Shown piece by piece: positions 15,130 to 22,242 of a stretch of DNA of 34,293 nucleotides. The stretch comes from a virus (lineage: Duplodnaviria; Caudoviricetes). A program made the translations under genes and the position numbers. The notes beneath the pieces were generated by a model, which ran no database searches, was not told the origin of the DNA, and saw only the letters and a list, made by a program, of their open reading frames with translations. The stretch is from IMG/VR virus record IMGVR_UViG_3300032261_000043, positions 1 to 34,293 of that record, one strand, 5' to 3'. Every line of letters starts with the position of its first letter. Within the stretch, counting starts at the first letter, position 1.

Positions 15130-15957
15130 ATGACCAATGAAAATGGCATGAGTATTCGAACCGTCGTAATTCTTTCCGGAGGGCAGGACAGTACGACATG
15201 CCTTTATTGGGCGATCCAGCAATTCCACGGCGCCAAACATGTCGCCGCAGTGACGTTCGATTATCAGCAGCTGCATCGTCGCGAAATCGAAGCAGCTACA
15301 ATCATAGCGAAAATGGCAGCAATAGCCTCGCACGAAGTAATTCCGCTGGGACCGGTATTGCATGGAACATCTCCGCTCGTCACCAACGATCTTGACAGTC
15401 TCGAAACGTACAAAGACTATAACGAAATGAACGAAGTCATCGGCAGCCGGATCGAAAGGACATTCGTGCCGATGCGCAACGCCCTGTTCATCACCATCGC
15501 AGCCAATCGCGCCATCGCTCTCGGAGCGCAGTCGCTCGTCACCGGAGTTTGCGAAATGGATAACGCCAACTATCCGGACTGCCGGGACGATTTCATCTAT
15601 TCACAGGTGAAATCGATCAACCTCGCGCTTGGCAACGAAACCAATTCATTCCAGATTTATGCGCCGCTGATGTTCATGTCGAAAGCCGAAACGATTGGGC
15701 TGGCGACACGTCTTCCCGGCTGTATGGAGGCGCTGGCCTATTCGCATACGGCCTACGATGGCGGCTATCCGCCGACATCGAAAGACCATGCGAGCACGCT
15801 CCGGGCTCAAGGGTTTTTGGAGGCGATGGTTCCTGACCCTCTAGTCGTGCGGGCATGGCGAGAGGGTCTAATGCCCCTCCCCGGATCGCCCAACTATGAC
15901 CGGTTGAGGGAGGGCGCTGGGCAACCTCCTAATGACCGGGAAACACCGGTTCCCTGA
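15130..15957 (+). CDS. queC: 7-cyano-7-deazaguanine (preQ0) synthase
   Basis: VVILSGGQDSTTC PP-loop, FDYQQLHRRE, TFVPMRNALF, NYPDCR, APLMFMSKAE; in-frame upstream ATGs from 15079. Confidence 0.93.
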   Translation: MTNENGMSIRTVVILSGGQDSTTCLYWAIQQFHGAKHVAAVTFDYQQLHRREIEAATIIAKMAAIASHEVIPLGPVLHGTSPLVTNDLDSLETYKDYNEMNEVIGSRIERTFVPMRNALFITIAANRAIALGAQSLVTGVCEMDNANYPDCRDDFIYSQVKSINLALGNETNSFQIYAPLMFMSKAETIGLATRLPGCMEALAYSHTAYDGGYPPTSKDHASTLRAQGFLEAMVPDPLVVRAWREGLMPLPGSPNYDRLREGAGQPPNDRETPVP

Positions 15958-16065
15958 CCCTTTTAGGAGGGTCTAGGATAGGGTTTGCCGGGGCAGGGTC
16001 AGGAATACCCGGGCTCCCGGTTCCCCATACTGTACGGTCAAGCCAAGGGCGGCAAAGGAGGGTTC

Positions 16066-16566
16066 ATGTACGTCAGCACAAAGACCTACGGGCACGCAGT
16101 CGGGTTCTCCGCCTGCTTCCGACAACACCGGGCGCAATCGCACTGCAAATACCTGCACGGTTACTCGCTCGCGGTCCGGCTTGAATTCGAGGCCGACGCC
16201 TTGGACGAGCTGAATTGGGTTGTCGATTTCGGCAGCTTGAAGGATGTCAAGATTGCGCTTGAGCAGATGTTTGATCACACCATGCTTGTTGCGCAGGACG
16301 ATCCGGAGCTGGATTTTTTCATGGAGCTCAACCGGCGAGGGCTTGCTCGTATCCGTGTTGTCGCAGCAACAGGTTGCGAGGCATTCGCCAAACAAGTCTA
16401 CATCATGGCACATGGTTGGCTTGTCATCAACAAATACGTTCCGCGCGTCAGACTGCGGAGCGTCGAAGTCGCCGAGCACGGAGCCAATTCAGCCATCTAC
16501 ACGGGAGGCGCTGATGCCACTAATGAAACGAGCGTACCTAGCGGGAGCAATATTCCGCGAGATTGA
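16066..16566 (+). CDS. queD: 6-carboxy-5,6,7,8-tetrahydropterin synthase
   Basis: AAGGAGG RBS; HCKYLHGY, LDELNWVVDFGSLK, FDHTML, TGCEAFA, VEVAEHGANSA. Confidence 0.92.
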   Translation: MYVSTKTYGHAVGFSACFRQHRAQSHCKYLHGYSLAVRLEFEADALDELNWVVDFGSLKDVKIALEQMFDHTMLVAQDDPELDFFMELNRRGLARIRVVAATGCEAFAKQVYIMAHGWLVINKYVPRVRLRSVEVAEHGANSAIYTGGADATNETSVPSGSNIPRD

Positions 16567-16915
16567 TCCTATGTCGTGGCGCCGGCGCGCGGCGAAATTG
16601 ATGCCGGAAGGCTGGGAAGCCGTCAATCCGCTTGATATGCAGAAGGCATGGGAATTGACGCCGGACGAATTGGTGAAGCGGGATTACATGCTGATACAGG
16701 AAAGCCAAGCCATCGTTGCGTATGTCAATAAGCCGTCTTGGGGAACGGCGATGGAGCTGGCTTATGCAAAGCGAATAAATATCCCGGTGATTGGCTGGAC
16801 ACCGCGACCATTGATCCGTCGGCTGCTCAATCCGTGGCTGGTGGCTCACTGCCACAAGATTTGCGGATCACTCAGCGAAGCGTGCTTGGAGCTGCGCAAT
16901 GTCAACGACTACTGA
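16514..16915 (+). CDS. Nucleoside 2-deoxyribosyltransferase / nucleotide N-glycosidase family protein
   Basis: AYLAGAI, VNP, KRD, SWGTAMELAYA, IPVI; GGAGG RBS. Confidence 0.85.
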   Translation: MPLMKRAYLAGAIFREIDPMSWRRRAAKLMPEGWEAVNPLDMQKAWELTPDELVKRDYMLIQESQAIVAYVNKPSWGTAMELAYAKRINIPVIGWTPRPLIRRLLNPWLVAHCHKICGSLSEACLELRNVNDY

Positions 16916-17480
16916 AAACCACAAGATCATCATTGCATCGTTGATCAAGATCATGGGCGACGATCCTAACCGGGAGGGCCTGAAGGAAACGCCGCGACGC
17001 TTCCTGATGTCCTGCCGGGAATGGTTCGCCGGCTATGACATGGACCCTGCCGAGATACTGACAACCGTTGATCAAGCAAATGGCTTCGATGAAATGGTGA
17101 TTGAGCACAACATCCCTTTCAACAGTTTCTGCGAGCATCATCTGGCTCCGGTCCGCGGCATCGCTCATGTCGGATATATTCCAAAGGAGCGAATATGCGG
17201 CATCTCAAAGCTGGCTCGCTTGGTCGAATGCTTCGGCCGCCGTCTCCAATTGCAGGAGCGATGTACCGTGCAGATTGCCGATGCGCTGGTTGAGCACCTT
17301 CAACCGATTGGCGTCGGCGTCCTGATCAGGGCGACGCACGCTTGTATGGAAACACGCGGTGTCAAAATGCACGGTACTCTGACGACAACCAGCGCAATGC
17401 GAGGAGCACTATTGACCGGGCACGGTCAAGCGCGAATGGAATTCCTTCAATCATGTGCCATGGCGGAGAAAGATCGATGA
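16899..17480 (+). CDS. folE: GTP cyclohydrolase I
   Basis: GDDPNREGLKETPRR, SFCEHHLAP, GISKLARLV, RRLQLQER, HACMETRG. Confidence 0.96.
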   Translation: MSTTTENHKIIIASLIKIMGDDPNREGLKETPRRFLMSCREWFAGYDMDPAEILTTVDQANGFDEMVIEHNIPFNSFCEHHLAPVRGIAHVGYIPKERICGISKLARLVECFGRRLQLQERCTVQIADALVEHLQPIGVGVLIRATHACMETRGVKMHGTLTTTSAMRGALLTGHGQARMEFLQSCAMAEKDR

Positions 17481-17764
17481 TTAATGGCTATCATGTTCAA
17501 ATCAACCTTGATGATCTGCATAACGAGCGCGCGTTGCTTCGCGTCATGTCGGAAATTGTCTTCTCGATATTGCAGGAGTTTCCGATTGAAATAACAACCG
17601 CGATGCAACTTGAAATTCTTAACAACGTCATTGGCGCTGTATGCGCATTGTGCGAGAAGGCGCCGGACGAAGAGCTGTACAGATTGAACCGCCAGACTAT
17701 TGAAACTTCCTATAAATGGCACACGCGAGTGTTCGCCGAGGCCGAGAGCGAGGGTCACGCATGA
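17477..17764 (+). CDS. Hypothetical protein
   Basis: ATGA coupling to folE. Confidence 0.65.
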   Translation: MINGYHVQINLDDLHNERALLRVMSEIVFSILQEFPIEITTAMQLEILNNVIGAVCALCEKAPDEELYRLNRQTIETSYKWHTRVFAEAESEGHA

Positions 17765-17961
17765 GAGCAACTTGTCCATACGCCAAATCACCGTTCACGC
17801 CTTGCGTGCGTCGTGATGGTCCCGTTTGTTTCGCCATGAATAGCGACGATCAACCGATTTGCGTTGGTTGCGAGCGAAGTCCGAAGACCTTGGGAGTTGA
17901 GCCCCCGAAGAATTGGGACCGTATCGTTGCTGACTATAAAGCAAAAAGCCGGAGGCGTTGA
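17761..17961 (+). CDS. Small Cys-rich protein
   Basis: ATGA coupling; five Cys including CVGC. Confidence 0.6.
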   Translation: MRATCPYAKSPFTPCVRRDGPVCFAMNSDDQPICVGCERSPKTLGVEPPKNWDRIVADYKAKSRRR

Positions 17962-18956
17962 TGCGTGTCTATATGGCTTCATTCTATCAAACCATCCGCG
18001 CCCAAACCATGTCGGCTTCGACAATCCAGCGCATCACCTATCGCAACTTCGTCTATCCGTGGATGCTGGAAAGCTTTCACTATATGGACAAGATCATGGC
18101 GCGCGACATCCGCGAACACAATCGCAACGTGTTTCTCGATAGTGGCGCGTTCTCCGCCTTCACCGTAAATGCGAAGATCGATCTTGACGACTATGCGCAC
18201 TTCCTACGGGACTGCGGCGACCTATACCACGTTGCATCAAATGTTGACGTGATCGGCACCGATTGCGAGGAGAAGACATATGCCAATCAAAAATATCTAG
18301 AAAGTAAAATTGGCACTGGCATTGTCTGTCCTGTTCATCATGTACGTGATCATGATGATTGGCTTAAACGCTACATGGATGAAGGATACGAATATTTATT
18401 TCTCGGCGGTATGGTGCCGGAAACGACGCCAGTACTTCGTCAATGGCTGGATCATGTATGGATGAAATATCTGACCAATCCGGACGGCACGCCAAAGCTC
18501 AAAGTGCACGGCTTTGGCTTGACGACGGAAGAGCTGATGTATCGCTATCCGTGGTTCTCCGTTGACAGTACGTCATGGCTGATCGCTGCAGGCTTTGGTT
18601 TCGTGTTCATGGACTTTCCGCAGGAAAAAGGCGAGCCACGGCATTTCAAAGTCAACTTCTCGGAACATTCATCGTCGCGCTATGATCTGAGTGGCTGGCA
18701 CTTCACAACGTTGAAAGCCGACGAGCAGGAGATGGTCCGCGCGAGGTTGGAGCAGTTGGAAATTGAACGACGATGGGTCGCCGATCCCGGCTTGCGTCGG
18801 GACTTCAAGGATGAACATGGCACCGAGCTCCGTTATACACCGGAGGCCATCGGCAAATCCCTTGGCCTTCGCCGCGTGATGAACATGGACTATTTCATTC
18901 GCATGGCAGAGCAGCGAACCAACAGATTTGCGAGAGTACAAGAGACTTTATTCTAA
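17961..18956 (+). CDS. dpdA: DpdA-like 7-deazaguanine DNA transglycosylase (TGT fold)
   Basis: VFLDSGAFSA, NVDVIG, PVHH, LGGMV, KVHGFG, YPWFSVDSTSW; sits within the que cluster. Confidence 0.8.
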   Translation: MRVYMASFYQTIRAQTMSASTIQRITYRNFVYPWMLESFHYMDKIMARDIREHNRNVFLDSGAFSAFTVNAKIDLDDYAHFLRDCGDLYHVASNVDVIGTDCEEKTYANQKYLESKIGTGIVCPVHHVRDHDDWLKRYMDEGYEYLFLGGMVPETTPVLRQWLDHVWMKYLTNPDGTPKLKVHGFGLTTEELMYRYPWFSVDSTSWLIAAGFGFVFMDFPQEKGEPRHFKVNFSEHSSSRYDLSGWHFTTLKADEQEMVRARLEQLEIERRWVADPGLRRDFKDEHGTELRYTPEAIGKSLGLRRVMNMDYFIRMAEQRTNRFARVQETLF

Positions 18957-18974
18957 TCGACAACAGGAGCGCAA

Positions 18975-19193
18975 ATGATGCTAGACGACAAGACCGAGCT
19001 TTATCTAAAGATCGGCTCAACCAAACTTGATCCAGCCGAGCCTACGCTTGAATGCGTGCTCGCACGCGGCTTTGCAGCGATGGGCTGGCTGCAACCACAA
19101 TCAGCCGCCTATGATATGGTCGTCGCTGCGGCCAATCGCGTCAACGCCGTGATTGAAGCCAAGAAAACAATAAATTGGGAAACACGCAAATGA
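18975..19193 (+). CDS. Hypothetical protein
   Basis: AGGAG RBS. Confidence 0.65.
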   Translation: MMLDDKTELYLKIGSTKLDPAEPTLECVLARGFAAMGWLQPQSAAYDMVVAAANRVNAVIEAKKTINWETRK

Positions 19194-20155
19194 AAGATGC
19201 ATTGAAATGGATCAAAGGCGCCATTTCAGCGCGTTCGCTGGTCGAAGACAAGACCTTTTACAAGATGGACAACAGCGAAATCAAAGCAACAAATGGCCGG
19301 CTAACTGCCGGCCATCCGTGCGAGACAGGTTGCGACTTTCTTGTACCGGGCGAGGAATTCGAAAAGGTGCTGGAACGGTTGCCGGGCGATATCACGATCA
19401 AGCCAATGGACAAGGCGGTGCAGTTACGTAGCGGCAGGTTCAATGGGACGATCAACACTCTGCCGCTTGATCGTTGGTCATATCCCGATGCGAGCGAAGC
19501 TGTTTGGCAACCCATCCCGGCAGATTTAATAAACCTGCTGGATCAGCTTCGCCCGTTCGTATCGGACAACGCCACGCAGGGATGGGCGACGTGTGTTGCT
19601 CTTGAAAAGGGTTGGGCGTATGCGACCAACAACATTGCACTCGCCGGAGGAGCGTGCAAGGGTTTGGACTTGATGGCCCTGCTGCCGGTGTGGGCCGTTG
19701 ACTTCGTACTGGCCAGAAAGGAGGGACTTCGAAACTGGGCTTGGTCGGAAAACTATGTGGCCTTCCAATGGGACAATGAAGCATGGATGCGAAGCGTGCT
19801 CGTGATCGGACAATTCCCCGAGAAAGCCGCGGCGATGATCCGTGAGGTTGCCGGCACGAAGACGACAACGAAGATCACGCCGGAGTTTCGTCAGGCGTTC
19901 GTTGATGTGGCCGGGCTGGCGGAAGATACGATCTTGATCTATGGCGACAAGATCGTTTCCCGGTTCAAGCAAGCAGAGATTGTCGCCGATATAGTGTGCC
20001 GCGTTCCGGATGGTGTAGAGTGTTCGATTTGGGGCGCCGAATATTTGGTGCCGGCAATAAAGGCGGCTGACAGTTGGTCGCCTGATGTCTGGCCAAAGCC
20101 GGCGCCTTGGAAAGGAAAATCAATCTGCGGTCTAGTAGTGGGGAGAAAGGCTTAG
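19190..20155 (+). CDS. DNA polymerase III beta-like sliding clamp
   Basis: About 320 aa with repeated ATNG/ATNN strands; ALKW.KGAIS...IKATNG...FLVPG..F.K.L..LP...L.SGRF...L....YP follows the DnaN N-terminal pattern. Confidence 0.7.
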   Translation: MKDALKWIKGAISARSLVEDKTFYKMDNSEIKATNGRLTAGHPCETGCDFLVPGEEFEKVLERLPGDITIKPMDKAVQLRSGRFNGTINTLPLDRWSYPDASEAVWQPIPADLINLLDQLRPFVSDNATQGWATCVALEKGWAYATNNIALAGGACKGLDLMALLPVWAVDFVLARKEGLRNWAWSENYVAFQWDNEAWMRSVLVIGQFPEKAAAMIREVAGTKTTTKITPEFRQAFVDVAGLAEDTILIYGDKIVSRFKQAEIVADIVCRVPDGVECSIWGAEYLVPAIKAADSWSPDVWPKPAPWKGKSICGLVVGRKA

Positions 20156-20851
20156 ATGTTTGGCAAAAACAGTGTGCAATCGAAAATGAGAAGTGACGGC
20201 CAGATTTTGCGCATCGTCAAGGGCAGTCCCTTTCTGACGATACAGGGCGAGGGACCGCACACCGGAAAAGCCGCCGTGTTTCTCCGGCTGCACGGATGTA
20301 ACCTGCGCTGTTGGTTCTGCGATACTGAATTCGAGAACCATGACGATCCGGATGTCAGCGTTGTTGACATAGCGCAGATGATCATGGATGTGCGAGGAGC
20401 AGCGCGACTTGTCGTCATCACCGGAGGCGAACCGATGCGGCAGAACATTCTGCCGCTGTGTCAGATGTTGCGACAAATGCGGATGCTGATCCAGATCGAA
20501 ACCGCGGGCACGCTTTGGATCAAAGGCATTGAGCGTGTCGCGGAAATTGTCTGTTCTCCGAAGACGCCGGCGATCAACTCCTTTGTGTATGATCACGCTT
20601 GCGCCTTCAAATACGTCATCAGCCAATCAGGCGTAACACCGGGCTCGTACCTGCCGACGATTTCGAGCCAGCCCGATACGAAGCCGCGGCAAGTCGCCCC
20701 GCCTCGCAAGGGAGCTCCGGTCTATCTCTCGCCGATGGATGAATACGATCCGGACAAGAATGCCGAAAATCACCGAGCCGTCGCCGCGCTGGCAATCAAG
20801 TACAACGTCATTGCCGGCGTACAACTTCACAAGATCATGGAGCTTGATTGA
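20156..20851 (+). CDS. queE: 7-carboxy-7-deazaguanine synthase (radical SAM)
   Basis: FLTIQGEG, VFLRLHGCNLRCWFCDT, VVITGGEP, IETAG, CSPK, QLHK. Confidence 0.95.
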   Translation: MFGKNSVQSKMRSDGQILRIVKGSPFLTIQGEGPHTGKAAVFLRLHGCNLRCWFCDTEFENHDDPDVSVVDIAQMIMDVRGAARLVVITGGEPMRQNILPLCQMLRQMRMLIQIETAGTLWIKGIERVAEIVCSPKTPAINSFVYDHACAFKYVISQSGVTPGSYLPTISSQPDTKPRQVAPPRKGAPVYLSPMDEYDPDKNAENHRAVAALAIKYNVIAGVQLHKIMELD

Positions 20852-20853
20852 CC

Positions 20854-21033
20854 ATGAAGAAAACCAAACGCAAGAAGACGGACACGCAAAAATTGATCCT
20901 CACCGTTGAGCGGATCGTCTGGGCGATTGATCGGCTATCGGATCAAATACAAATCAGCCGGGCCGCAACGCAAAAGCATTACGATCTGCAATTGAGCCGG
21001 CCGCGTGGATACCCAACAGCGAGGGATGGCTAA
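20854..21033 (+). CDS. Hypothetical protein
   Basis: Operon packing. Confidence 0.5.
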   Translation: MKKTKRKKTDTQKLILTVERIVWAIDRLSDQIQISRAATQKHYDLQLSRPRGYPTARDG

Positions 21034-21227
21034 TGACAACGCTAGGACAATATCGAGATATCGCGCTTGCACTTGGCGGCGAGAAAAACAATCTGGCTGT
21101 TGCATTCATCGAAGCAAAAATCGCCAAGCAGGGAGCCAATACGGAAGTGCTCGCCGACGAAAGTCAAATGATGATGGTTATTGCATCACTGCTGCATTTG
21201 CCGGCGGAGGATAAGAATGCCACTTGA
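21033..21227 (+). CDS. Hypothetical protein
   Basis: TAATG coupling, GAGGG RBS. Confidence 0.65.
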   Translation: MTTLGQYRDIALALGGEKNNLAVAFIEAKIAKQGANTEVLADESQMMMVIASLLHLPAEDKNAT

Positions 21228-21609
21228 TCGCATCATGATGATCAAGCTCATGGGCATGACCATGAGCCAACACGACGGCGAATGCCTCAACGCCATTCGC
21301 AAAGCCAATGCTATTTTGCTGTCGGCAAATATGACGTGGCAGGAATTCCTCGCCGACATCAAACCCGATCAATCGTATCGCGTCCCGCCATCACAGCGCC
21401 GAAAACAATCCAACCCATTCGAGCAAGCCGGCAAGGAGGGCCAGCGATACGATGATGCTAATGAAATCAATAGCATGTTCGAAGATGCGTTCGAAAATGC
21501 TAATGGTTCGTTCCGAGAGTTTTTGCATAGCATTCACCAATGGTGGGAAACAAAAGATTTTCTCACCGCCAAACAATACGACGCTCTGAGAAAGGCAGCC
21601 CGACGATGA
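21217..21609 (+). CDS. Hypothetical protein (DUF2786-like N-terminus)
   Basis: GGAGG RBS; IKLMGMTMSQHDGECLNAIRKA. Confidence 0.7.
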   Translation: MPLDRIMMIKLMGMTMSQHDGECLNAIRKANAILLSANMTWQEFLADIKPDQSYRVPPSQRRKQSNPFEQAGKEGQRYDDANEINSMFEDAFENANGSFREFLHSIHQWWETKDFLTAKQYDALRKAARR

Positions 21610-21872
21610 CCGAACATGATTGGGACGAACATGATTGGGACGCGTATGAAGATGAACTAAACAAACAAGTCAGCTTGCTGACAAGAGAGCTCAATAAGAC
21701 TTTCGCCGGCTATTCACGAATGGTCATCGTACTGGCGTGTGCACGCTCGATTGCCGCAATGTTTGGACCGGCCATGCTAAAAAGTCGCGAAGACTTTCTG
21801 TCGCGGTTTCCCAAATACATGCGCTCGATGTGGCGCGTGATGGATGAAACAATCGGACATGAAAGGTTTTGA
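21606..21872 (+). CDS. Hypothetical protein
   Basis: ATGA coupling; EHDWD duplicated. Confidence 0.65.
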   Translation: MTEHDWDEHDWDAYEDELNKQVSLLTRELNKTFAGYSRMVIVLACARSIAAMFGPAMLKSREDFLSRFPKYMRSMWRVMDETIGHERF

Positions 21873-21874
21873 CC

Positions 21875-21994
21875 ATGCCACATCCCATTGAAAAAACATG
21901 GCTGCGCCACATCACGAAGATAACCAAGAAGTCTGACGATTTCTTGTCATGGGTGGCATACTGGCTATTCTACGATTGGTCAACAATGAGGTGA
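21875..21994 (+). CDS. Small Trp-rich hypothetical protein (39 aa)
   Basis: Not in the ORF track; fills the gap; AAAGG upstream. Confidence 0.45.
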   Translation: MPHPIEKTWLRHITKITKKSDDFLSWVAYWLFYDWSTMR

Positions 21995-21998
21995 TGAC

Positions 21999-22241
21999 AT
22001 GACGAAAACTTTGTTGGAAGGCGAAGAGCTGCGTCAACGCCACGTTGATCTGATGACGGAGCTAAAAGACTTTGTAGAGAAACGTAAACTCTCGCCGGGC
22101 GAAATGTCATCGTGCGGCATCTGGCTTTGTTGCAATGCCATTCTGAATTACAATGGCAAGGTGCAACAGAAGTTTTTCGAAAAGACTGTTGCCGGCATGA
22201 GGGAATTCCTTGATCGCGGAAATCAGCTCCGGAGCAACTGA
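21999..22241 (+). CDS. Hypothetical protein
   Basis: GAGGT RBS. Confidence 0.65.
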   Translation: MTKTLLEGEELRQRHVDLMTELKDFVEKRKLSPGEMSSCGIWLCCNAILNYNGKVQQKFFEKTVAGMREFLDRGNQLRSN

Positions 22242-22242
22242 C

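Noticed and set aside
15965-15985. GGAGGGTCTAG upstream of queD resembles the preQ1-I aptamer 5' part (AGAGGUUCUAG)
   Set aside because: No downstream complementary P1 strand and no A-rich 3' tail
15985-16065. N-terminal extension of QueD given in the ORF track
   Set aside because: A strong AAGGAGG RBS precedes ATG 16066, where family similarity begins
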